A stretch of 63,998 bases of DNA, counting the filler, from Collodictyon triciliatum (taxonomy: Eukaryota), in NCBI GenBank assembly GCA_043381765.1. It is 22 parts of 22 records of this genome, joined end to end, with 100 filler letters (N's around TTAATTAATTAA, not from the genome) between each part and the next. Parts side by side here need not be neighbours in the genome. Positions count along the whole stretch, not along the records: positions 52,479 to 55,290 come from JBHJMP010008258.1; positions 55,391 to 58,202 come from JBHJMP010008259.1; positions 58,303 to 61,111 come from JBHJMP010008260.1; positions 61,212 to 63,998 come from JBHJMP010008265.1; 18 more parts are not named here. One strand, 5' to 3'. Position 1 is the stretch's first letter. Every line of letters starts with the position of its first letter. Both the position numbers and the translations under genes were made by a program. Below the pieces are notes generated by a model, which was not told where the DNA came from, searched no databases, and worked only from the letters and a program-made list of their open reading frames with translations. Below, in pieces: positions 53,662 to 63,998 of the stretch.

Positions 53662-55390
53662 GTATTATTATTAGTATTATTATTAGTATTATTATTAGTA
53701 TTATTATTAGTATTATTAGTAGTAGTATTATTAGTATTATTAGTATTATTATTATTAGTATTATTATTCCTTTTAAATATACACAAGTTTATATGCTTGT
53801 AGGCAAATTAAAGGTATGAATCTTTATGTGTTGGTTTGTTGAGATAATTACAAGATTATCGAGCTTTTATTATATACGATATCGAGATAAACTTATTATT
53901 GAGTTTATATCGATACCGCATTGCATATTATTTCATTCTTTCTTTTTCCTCTTTCTTCTTCTTTTGTTTCATTTCAACCCATCCTTTTCATACTTTTCAT
54001 TCTTTTCATTCTCTTTTTTTTTGTTTCATTTCAATCCATCCCTTTCATACTTTTACCATTATTCTCCCTTCTACCACTTATTTCCTATCAATTCCTATCA
54101 GTTTCTTTCAATCCCCTCTTATCATTACCATCATTTTCTGTGTGGCTTTTTGTTCGTGTGGGCTACCGGGTCGTGTCCTCCACGCTTTCCCCCGTCACAG
54201 CCACAACGCCGAAAGTGCTTGAAGCGGATTCCCAACAATCCCAAGATAGCAACAACTGGGATTCTATATTGTACCGTACCTTTAGAACCCTGCCAGTATT
54301 GGACATTGTCTTTGCCCTTTTCTGCTTGTTGACATGCGTGGCCGACTGAAGGTTTATCTGAACGAAGCGGAAGGTAATCTTTACGAATGACAAGCAGCAC
54401 GTCACAGACAAAGACGACCCGGGTGAATTATGGGATGGGGCAACGTTTCTTGCTTGTCGCCTGTTGCGACTGGCCGACTTGCAAACCAGCATCTGTATGG
54501 GAAGCGCTTTTGTGGTTTTCTCTTGTCCAGGAGCCTTTCCATGGGTTCATTAGCTGGCAATGGTTTCCCCCCTGTTTTTTTTTTTCCTTATATTATTCAA
54601 GTTTTCTTTATTTTTATTAGTCACCATCATTATTAATTTTCCTTTCTCTCCCTCCCTCTCCTCCCTCCTCTTTCTTCTGGCATTAATTCTGGCGAGGGGA
54701 ACGCACAACAATGTGGCGCCCATTGCCAAATCACCACCACAAAATGAAAGTCGACATTTCTCTTTGTACTGGTTTGATTTTTAGACCTCTGCTTCTTTGG
54801 CTCTTTTGGTTGATCGATCACTTGGGTCGATCATTCAATTTTGTTTGCTCCGATCAACGCTTCCCAACCACTTTTCCTCTTTTTTTTTTATTTCTTTTTG
54901 GTGTTCCTTTTCGTTTTATTTTTTCTTTTTTTTTCTTTCTAAGTTGTGGGAATGACGCGATCTTCCTCTAGTCCTTTGTTTGGTTCTATGTCTCTTTATT
55001 TCTTGTCTTGCGCACGGCAATTGTGGGAGACACATAAGCCCGCGTCAAGAATGACAAAAAAAAAAAAAAAAAAGCCATAAGAGCTCTCATCTTTCTTGTT
55101 GCCTGTTTCTTGTGATCGATCAACAGCCCATAGATCTTTTGTCCCCTCTGTCCTTTTTTTTCCTTTACAAAAACTTTTAACACAAACGTGTCTGTTTCGC
55201 TGACAAAAAAAAAAAAAAAAAAAAAGAAAAAAAAGCAACAAGAAAAAAAAAAAAAAAAAAAAACCCTGGAAGACTAAGAAAAAAAAAAAANNNNNNNNNN
55301 NNNNNNNNNNNNNNNNNNNNNNNNNNNNNNNNNNTTAATTAATTAANNNNNNNNNNNNNNNNNNNNNNNNNNNNNNNNNNNNNNNNNNNN

Positions 55391-55575
55391 TATCTTTATC
55401 TTTATCTTTATCTTTATCTTTATCTTTATCTTTATCTTTATCTTTATCTTTATCTTTATCTTTATCTTTATCTTTATCTTTATCTTTATCTTATCTTTAT
55501 CTTTATCTTTATCTTTATCTTTATCTTTATCTTTATCTTTATCTTTATCTTTATCTTTATCTTTATCTTATCTTT
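55391..55575 (+). repeat. (TATCTT)n microsatellite
   Basis: Direct reading. Confidence 0.95.
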
Positions 55576-55834
55576 GTGTATGTGTGTTTCTATTTGCAAA
55601 GTAATATGAAAAAAAACCTTTGAAGTAAGGAGTTCACGAATTGTTCACTAACTACAGCGTCTTGGGGTACTACTATTTTTCTAACAAATGAGAAAGGGCC
55701 TTTCTCTAAGACAGCGGCGCAATCCTATGCATAAGAGAAAGCCGAGTGCGCAATTACCCAATTAGAAAAAAAACTTATTTAATTTATATTTAAGAAATAC
55801 TGATAATTTATATATATATTTATGTTACAAAGAA

Positions 55835-58011
55835 ATGAAAAAGTTGTTTGGTCGTTGCAGAATATGTCTTAGATAAGATCGTGGTTGCGATGTAAGCTCT
55901 CGCGATCCACTTCAGTAGTTGCAAATAAAAAAATAATGGAATATAAAATGGATATGGATATGGATATGGATATATTACGTGATCTAATAAATATAAACGC
56001 AATCAAGAGGTCAGTTTTTTTCGTTCATTTCATTGGAAATGTAAATGGTATGTTATATGTTGGTTCTCGAATATTGCGTTTTATTATTATTTTCATTAGT
56101 CCCATTTGTATATGTATTTGTATTTGTATTTGTATTTGTATTTGTANNNNNNNNNNNNNNNNNNNNNNNNNNNNNNNNNNNNNNNNNNNNNNNNNNNNNN
56201 NNNNNNNNNNNNNNNNNATTTGTATTTGTATTTGTATTTGTATTTGTATTTGTATTTGTATTCTAACTTTCCCTGCCCTAATCCTAAAAGATATTTCAAT
56301 TAGTGATGAACTGAATGCCCAAATATTTGAGAGAATTTGCAATCAACAAAGGAAGAAAGAACTTCATGATTGTGTGGAAAGGTAAAAGGAGACAAAAAGA
56401 TATAATAAAATAAAGTAAAATATATAAGGAAATATCACGATATGGATGTTAGCTCTCTCATACATCACACACAAGGTTAAATTTATTTATAACCTATTTC
56501 AAGGTCAGCTACATCAGAGATGGTCGATATAGAATCCGAGCTGATTAAAATCGACACGAATATCAGTGATTCATCTGAAAAAGAAAAAGAAATAACGGAA
56601 AAACTGGAAATTTTGAGAATCGAAACTCAGCAACTGAAACAAATCTTATTCAAAGACCCTATTACCGACGTCCATGATTTAGTAACTTAGACACGACGAA
56701 TATGCAGACATTTTATGAGAACAATATCTAGATTTCACCTATATACATTCTTTTTGTAATGTATCATTTAAACCCTTAAAAGATTGACCAGATCACTATA
56801 TATCTCGGGGATGTGAACATAAAAACTGAAAGCATCCTAAAGTCTAAGGTAAATTGAGGACCCAAACCTATATTTAGGTCGTTGTGCAAATTCCAACAAG
56901 TATTCTCCTCGCACAACTTATATCCGAACAACTTTTGATCCATCCTTGTTTTAATGACTTTACAGATGAGGTTGCTTCCGGAAAAAGAGCCTCTCTGGGA
57001 GAGAATTCAGGATGCTATTGACCAAAGCAAAGATATATTTATTGGCGTGGCTGAAAAACTAAAACAAATAACGTCCTTTTTGAGAATTATTCATCTGGAG
57101 CACGTAATATATTGATAAAAGAAAACTGTCGAAAGGAAGCAAAAAAAAAAAAAAAGCGTTATTTTACTGACCCTTACAATTTATCAAAATCGAAAGTCGG
57201 CGATTATAGACAGGTATAAAGGAAGTCTACTTGCACTAGCCCTATCTTCAATCGATGCAAGCTACGACCGACTGAGCTCTCGCATACAACTGAGCAAGGC
57301 ATAATGAAAAGCAATTTGTCTCTTTTTCTTTTTCTTTTTTTCTTTTTTTCTTTTTTTCTTTTTTTCTTTTTTTCTTTTTTTCTTTTTTTCTTTTTTTCTT
57401 TTTTTCTTTTTTTCTTTTTTTCTTTTTTCTTTTTTTATTCTTTTTCTTTTTTTTCTTTTAAGAATCAGCCAGCCCTACTTTAAACCCATCATTGTATAGT
57501 TCCTTTTAGAATAATATTGGCTTGATTCATATTTTCTTAAAATTGTCTTATCTCTTTACCTCAGAAGGGCTCAGTCATAATGTTTGCTTGCGTTTGTTAC
57601 CTTTTATTTCTTTTTATTAAATAAAAAAAATGTATATAAACAAGTCTGAGGCGAAGGTTACCACGATGTTTAAGATGAATTTAGAACGGCGAATTTCGTG
57701 TGTTGAACTGGTAACTGTCACTCTAGCTATCCTCATATGATACACCCGCACCATTTTTGGGTCAATGACGAGAAGCACTTTTTTCTCTTCATTTTCCTTT
57801 AAGAATACCACATTTTGTCGGTTCTTTTTCTATTAGACATTTATTTATCATGTTCTTTTAATATCTCTCATTAATCTGACATCACTGTCTGCAGAGCACA
57901 AGAATGTCACTTCATCATATCCTTGAACGAATGCTGGATGTTGTGATGCAAGAGCAAATACAAGAAGAATATTCAAGAACTCTTATGCAGCTGACAAATT
58001 CACCCAACTTG
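55835..58011 (+). CDS. Partial multi-exon coiled-coil protein, unidentified
   Basis: About eight exons splice into one frame; one junction requires a GC donor at 57299. Confidence 0.55.
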
Positions 58012-58370
58012 GTGTGTTTCTCTTCTTATTCGAAAAATGCTTTAAAATATTATTATTATTATTGTTATTGTTATTGTTATTATTGTTATTGTTATTGTTA
58101 TTGTTATTGTTATTATTATTGTTATTGTTATTATTATTGTTATTATTATTGTTATTATTATTGTTATTATTATTGTTATTATTATTGTTATTATTATTGT
58201 TANNNNNNNNNNNNNNNNNNNNNNNNNNNNNNNNNNNNNNNNNNNNTTAATTAATTAANNNNNNNNNNNNNNNNNNNNNNNNNNNNNNNNNNNNNNNNNN
58301 NNCGGGAGGTGATACGGGTATTCATATGTTTCTTAATGGTCGTAATTGCTCATCACAATATCTTTATTAG

Positions 58371-60267
58371 ATACGCGTTCTCTCACCAGCTGCTGACACA
58401 ATCCATCAAAGAGCGATACTTTATGGATGAAGCATACGCAAAAAGTGAAGCACGTGAATATGGATTGTGGCTGCTGGGTGAATACGGCTCTGGCACTGAA
58501 GACAAGTGTGTTGTTGCCGAAATATGCCACAATCTGAGGATTTCGAGCGAATATGATAAACTAGTGGATTTTATGAAGAATGAAAAGGTTAAATTATGGA
58601 TTTTATTTTTTACTGTGACCTGTGTTGTAATATAGTCTTTTAGGCTGTTGTGAGCATGCTGGATGGCAACTATCGCTTCGAGTTTTATGAATGCTGGAGA
58701 GCGCTGAATAAGAACGGTTATGACCACAAAGCTGTGTATCGTGAGTTGGCCAAGGTGATAAAACTCAATTATATGTATCAACAATGAATTTATATTAATG
58801 CGTATGTATAACAGCAACTGAATCCTGCTGGCTCTGCGTTGGTTGAATACTTTCGACAAATCCAAGAGAATACCTTTTTGATTCCGATTCTTGAGCACCG
58901 CATTTCTGTTGAGACGGATGAGGGTTTGGTCAGTTGATTTGGATTTTATGGGTGTGTTGCTAACTTTTGGTTTATCTTTATTAGGTTCGAACAGCAAAAA
59001 TATGAATTTTCTGGGAAATGTTTATCTTCAACTTGGAGAGTATGATTTATTTGATTATGTGTATATATTTATCATTTAATTGGCTTATTATTTAATAGAC
59101 ATGATAAAGCTCTGGAATACTACCACAAATCATTGGAAATCCGACTGAAAGTGTTTGGAGAAGTGCATACTTATGTTGCCAATTCATATATGGGAATTGG
59201 GATAGTTTACAAGAATCTTGGAAAGTATCTTTTATTTGATTATATTTATGCTTATCCTTCATTAACTTATCATTTAATAGACATGACAAAGCTCTGGAGT
59301 GCTATCACAAATCACTGGATATTCGACTGAAAGTGTTTGGAGAAGTCCACCCTGATATTGCCGCTTCATATAATAATATTGGGAACGTTTACAAGAATCT
59401 TGGAAAGTATCTTTTATTTGATTATATTTATGCTTATCCTTCATTAACTTATTATTTAATAGGAATGACAAAGCTCTGGAATACTATCACAAATCACTTG
59501 AAATCCGACTGAAAGTGTTTGGAGAAGTCCACCCTGATGTTGCCGAATCATATAACAACATTGGGGTCGTCTATGGGAAACTTGGAAAGTATATTTTATT
59601 TGATTATATTTATGCTTATCCTTCATTAACTTATTATTTAATAGGAATGACAAAGCTCTGGAGTACTATCACAAATCAGTTGAAATCCGACTGAAAGTGT
59701 TTGGAGAAGTCCACCCTGGTGTTGCCACTTCATATAATAACATTGGGGTCGTCTATAGGAAACTTGGAAAGTATATTTTATTTGATTATATTTATGTTTA
59801 TCCTCTCGTTAACTTATTATTTAATAGACATGACAAAGCTCTGGAGTACTGCCACAAATCAGTGGAAATTAAGCTGAAGGTGTTTGGAGAGGACCACCCT
59901 AATGTTGCCACTTCATATAATAACATTGGAAATGTTTACAATGACCTTGGAAAGTATCTTTTATTTAATTATGTATTTTTGATCATTTTCGTTAACTTAT
60001 TTTTTTAATAGGAATGAGAAAGCTCTGGAGTACTATCACAAATCAGTTGAAATCCGACTGAAAGTGTTTGGAGAAGTCCACCCTGATGTTGCCACTTCAT
60101 ACCACAATATTGGTAATCTACTGATGAACCAGAAGAAATATCAAGAGGCTGTGGACATGTACCAAAAAGCCAAGAAGGTGTATGAGCATGTGTATGGTGC
60201 AGACCATTCCGAGACGAAAGATGCAGAAAAAAAAATGATGAATGCACAGAAGATGCTGACCCGATAA
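58371..60267 (+). CDS. C-terminal part of an NPHP3/TTC41-like TPR protein with six tandem TPR exons
   Basis: FSHQLLTQSIKERY...AEICHNL segment, then 42-aa repeats DKALEYYHKSLEIRLKVFGEVHPDVAxSYNNIGxVY; repeat exons start at 59099, 59281, 59463, 59645, 59828 and 60012. Confidence 0.9.
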
Positions 60268-61211
60268 GTGGCTCGTCTGTTACCCACCCCATCTAAACAA
60301 CCCATTCATCCACCCATACACCACCCTTTCCACAAAACAAGTACAAGTGAGTACTATCCCGATGACCGCCAAACCGAACGAGTGCAGACGACTGCTAGCT
60401 TGTTTGCAGAGGCTGGATGAAAAGAATAAAAAAAAAAACTAACCAACCTAACCTTTCCAGCAGTTGCCGATAAACGTGACACGTCTCCTGTTTGTTTAAC
60501 AACCGATCTTGAGAATGTATCACAGGCGAAAAGAATGATTATGTGTTGGTTATCATTGTGCCACTGAGCTGTTTGTTTTCATTTGATTTTTCACATTATT
60601 TTTTTTTCGCTTGGTTAAGTGTCGCAATGTCAGCTTCAGGGACATAATCTTTTCTTTTTCTTTTTGCGCCCATGATGATGGTGGGCTGTAACGATACATG
60701 CACTCGCTTTGTGAGCCTTTATTCTGTCTTATATTTTATTCATCGACTTACTTGAAGGCTCTCGGTATCCTTGACTGATTGCACTGTTGTCTGTTGGATG
60801 AGCAGTTGTTTGATTATTCGCCGAAGTGTTTTGTTGTTTTGTTGTTTTGGTTTATTGGCTCCACAGTGCGATTAGTCTCGGTTTTTTCTTTGACATTCAC
60901 CTGCTCACTACATTTCTTTTTGTTTACTTTTTCTTTTCTTTTTTATTTCTTTTTTATTTCTTTTTTATTTCTTTTTTCTGTTTTCTTTCTTTTTTTCTTC
61001 TGTTTTCTTCTGTTTTCTTCTCTTCTCTTCTCTTCTCTTCTCTTCTCTTCTCTTCTCTTCTCTTCTCTTCTCTTCTCTTCTCTTCTCTTCTCTTCTCTTC
61101 TCTTCTCTTCTNNNNNNNNNNNNNNNNNNNNNNNNNNNNNNNNNNNNNNNNNNNNTTAATTAATTAANNNNNNNNNNNNNNNNNNNNNNNNNNNNNNNNN
61201 NNNNNNNNNNN

Positions 61212-62298
61212 AAACTATTCTTTTGTCGCTGATAAATATAACTGCTCTTCGGAAAGTTCATCTATAAACATACTCTTCGTTTTTTTTTTTATTATATTTG
61301 AATTTTGAATTTGAAATAGCTTTCTTTTCAAACAATAATGATACCGCCAAGCCGTCTGTTTGTATCGTGTATTTAAAATTGTAGCCTCTTTGATGAAAGA
61401 CCCTCTTCTTCATTTCAAAGAACTTATCCCATATGGTCTCTTTTGCATCCTGACATATCCTCCAGTAGTGATGCTTTTTCAGTTGATACTAATAGATAAA
61501 TCAAACATGTGATATCTAGAGTAATATGACACGGTATATTGTTAGTTCTTATAGAGATTGGTTGAAACAGTTTGGTTCCAATGTCCTCAAAAATGTGATT
61601 CATGTATATCAGACATGGAATGTTCTTACTTGGATTGAGTTTGACGTCATATTCGATACCTTTTACAATATCGCTGGGAATGATACGATTCACATGTATT
61701 GCAGCCCATCCTTTATAATGTTCCGGTATTTCGAATTTCTTGAACATGACTTTTTTAACTTTCGTAACTCTGCCTTTTTAATAGCTTCCGTAATACTCTC
61801 ATCTTTAGGAACTGTTTGATTTATAAAGCGCAGTAACCTCTTTACAAAATGCTCCTTAATGTTACTACGATAAGCTGCTAACATTTGCTTCGCCAGGGCA
61901 GTAACACGTGAGACAATCCAAACAACGGAAAGCATTCTTCTCGGGTCAAAAGGAATCGGAAATCATTGAGATAAAAGGTCATCATGTCATTGCTCATTTC
62001 TGGACGTTTTTTTTTAAAAATCTTGCGGGTCTATCTTGTGAAACTATTCCGACTGTCTATAAAGCATACAAAAAAGAAACATTTCATCGATTGTTGGGAG
62101 TTGTTATGGTTTCAATATGTAACATCTTGCAAACAGATAAGGGTCGGTAACCAAATTATGACACAATAGAACCGCATCGTTGATTTTGTCATAGTCATTC
62201 GCATTCTTTACAATCGACTTTAGAGATGTTTTCACATTTCGATAGTGTGGTTTTGCAAGCTTTAGATTCTCAAACTGAAGAGATTTTGTTTTCTCCAT
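61212..62298 (-). pseudogene. Degraded Fanzor1 (eukaryotic TnpB-related RNA-guided nuclease), N-terminal part, cut by the contig end just before the expected RuvC-I
   Basis: Intronless, collinear motifs VKTSLKSIV...KINDAV...YLFARCYIL, LPTIDE, NIKEHFVKRLLRFIN, YDVKLNP...IYMN...KLFQPISIRTNNIPCHITLD, IWDKFF...TIQTDGLAVSLLF and IDELSEEQL...KRIV; several frameshifts and stops. Confidence 0.85.
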
Positions 62299-62344
62299 CT
62301 GAAAGTCTTTGTTTTACTTTTTCCTTTAGAAAACTACCGTGTTT

Positions 62345-62352
62345 TCAATTTT
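62345..62352 (-). promoter_or_regulatory. AAAATTGA motif (Mimiviridae early-promoter-like) ~47 nt upstream of the Fanzor ATG
   Basis: Exact octamer on the coding strand, but in AT-rich context where a chance match is possible. Confidence 0.4.
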
Positions 62353-62855
62353 AATAAAATTTTAGTCAATTAGTCAATTTAATAAATAATTTTAAAAAAA
62401 ACTGCACAAAATAAATTGAGGTAAAATTAAGCATCTACCGAGACTTTCAAAATGTGCACATTGTGGCAAACAAACACACAAAGTTTTTTTTTATAAAAGT
62501 GATTTGAGACAAAACGCTGAGGGCCAACTCGGTGAGTTCGAAAGGACGGCCGTATAACCATTGCGACTGAAAGTCAAAATATCGGCTCCAAACAACATGA
62601 TTATTGCCGAAAGTGTGGATAGTATGTTTTTCTGAAATGCATGTTTGGTGGTAGATTGATAGGGTGGCTTCTATCTGTGCCAAGGCAAGGGCTTGTTTGT
62701 CATTTTTTGAAATATAATGATAATATTACATAAATGAACAATAAAATATGAATTAATTACATGAATAGAATGATATTATGAAGTATCTTTAACATTATTA
62801 TATAATTCATTGTTTCTTGGATTCATCGAAGCTCCTGCTTTTGTCAATCCAGATT

Positions 62856-63152
62856 ATTATTTTTTCCCTTTATTCGATTCAAAGTGCAGCGAGTTTGTGC
62901 CATACAAAGGGGCGGGATAGGTGCACATGGGAGGGAGCAAATGCGGGTAGGGGAAGACACTACTGCGGAGAGACTAGCACCGAAAAGAAATCAGTGATAG
63001 CGAGTTGGTCAGGTGGGCGACCCAACTGATTGATTGGTTGCGTGGGCAGCAGGGGTTGGATATGCTGTGGGAGATATCGCACGACACATTCCCACGTCTC
63101 TCTTCGCTTGCAGTCAGAGTAGCGAAGAATGCGAGCGTGTTTCAGCAGGCTG
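62856..63152 (-). mobile_element. 5'-truncated LINE subfamily B (ORF2 C-terminus + 3' UTR + A-rich tail)
   Basis: Open frame NSLLKHARILRYSD...PPDQLAITDFFSVLVSPQ*; TSD TTGTCAATCC(A/T)GATT at 62841-62855 and 63153-63167. Confidence 0.88.
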
Positions 63153-63299
63153 TTGTCAATCCTGATTTAATTCGATGGTTGTATGTGCAATAAACTGCTA
63201 TATATGGGTACAATTTCATTGTATAAAAAAGCATTGTGTCTTGAAAGGTGTAAAAGCAAGTTCGTCACAACCTTTTTGATGAAGTCTATCCATTTACAG

Positions 63300-63702
63300 G
63301 GCAAGTGCGAGGCCATGTGCTATGGACTATGTGGATAGCACGCATATACTCATGCAATGCAAGACTCAACAACCAGCCACCCATTCCTGATAACAGACTG
63401 GATGACATCATACAAATCTCCTTTTCTCAACAGCTTCCTTCGCCACCTGCACGTTCTCTACTACTCAGACCCTGTGAGAAGAGACATGTGGAAAGAGGCT
63501 GAGAAAGAGATTAAACCTTGCCTTGCCTCTCTCATGCAAGCACAAGACCCAGGCTGCAGGCCAAACCGCAGGATGCAATTCCTGATTACCGACTACTTCT
63601 TCGCCACCCGGCCAACAAGTAGCGTCCATGCAAACAATGGCTAGCGAACCAAAGCCAACATCTCCACCATCCTGCACAAAATTGAAAGGAAGAATAAAAA
63701 AA
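63300..63702 (+). mobile_element. 5'-truncated LINE subfamily A (ORF2 C-terminus + 3' UTR + poly(A))
   Basis: GHVLWTMWIAR...SF(fs)LNSFLRHLHVLYYSDPVRRDMW...QFLITDYFFATR...*; TSD CATTTACAG at 63291-63299 and 63705-63713. Confidence 0.88.
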
Positions 63703-63905
63703 TACATTTACAGACTAAATGAGACCGAAGAGGAAGGAATGGAAAAAGAAAAAAGGGAAAAAGAAAAAAGGGAAAAGAAAAAAAAGGGAAAAAGGAAAAA
63801 AGAAACGGATGAATGAATCAGAGAAACAAATACTGAGCACTATATTCATACTTATCTTGCTGCCTGTGGGTTGACGGTTTGAGCTTGAGACCTTTTTTAT
63901 TCCCC

Positions 63906-63998
<93 letters not shown>

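Noticed and set aside
52479-55290. Overlapping short ORFs around 54100-54600
   Set aside because: No family motif or consistent exon chain; left unannotated.
60270-60438. Possible third LINE tail after the TPR stop codon
   Set aside because: It ends in GAATAAAAAAAAAA but has no TSD and no second copy; it may simply be a 3' UTR.
62856-63702. Tails-out LINE pair as a single composite element
   Set aside because: Each copy has its own TSD and belongs to a different subfamily, so these are independent insertions.

Overview
This is eukaryotic, AT-rich, intron-dense, microsatellite-rich DNA, probably from a protist; the organism cannot be named from sequence alone. It uses the standard genetic code and GT-AG introns. 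It is not a contiguous locus: 22 short contigs of about 2.8 kb, roughly size-sorted, are joined by 21 artificial 44N-TTAATTAATTAA-44N linkers, so adjacency across linkers has no meaning and most genes are partial. Spliced genes I could reconstruct by hand: BRI3-like, RS-rich protein, secreted LRR protein, ACAP-type BAR protein, ABCF, XK-related protein, nocturnin, eIF2B-alpha, TFIIE-beta, DGAT1, secreted kelch protein, bacterial-type LOG protein and an NPHP3/TTC41-like TPR protein, plus an intronless RING-coiled-coil-TM ORF. Pseudogenes: CTU1 and a CH+DUF4062 gene. Main points of interest: (1) a decayed Fanzor1 (eukaryotic TnpB-like RNA-guided nuclease) with a giant-virus-type AAAATTGA motif upstream; (2) two LINE subfamilies, mostly with target-site duplications, whose ORF2 ends in a PCNA-binding PIP box or PIP-degron, and a tRNA-headed SINE sharing a LINE tail; (3) a head-to-tail Helitron junction in a contig that looks like one permuted, satellite-carrying unit; (4) TPR and LRR genes built as one repeat per symmetric exon. 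Family assignments come from recalled motifs, not from database searches.
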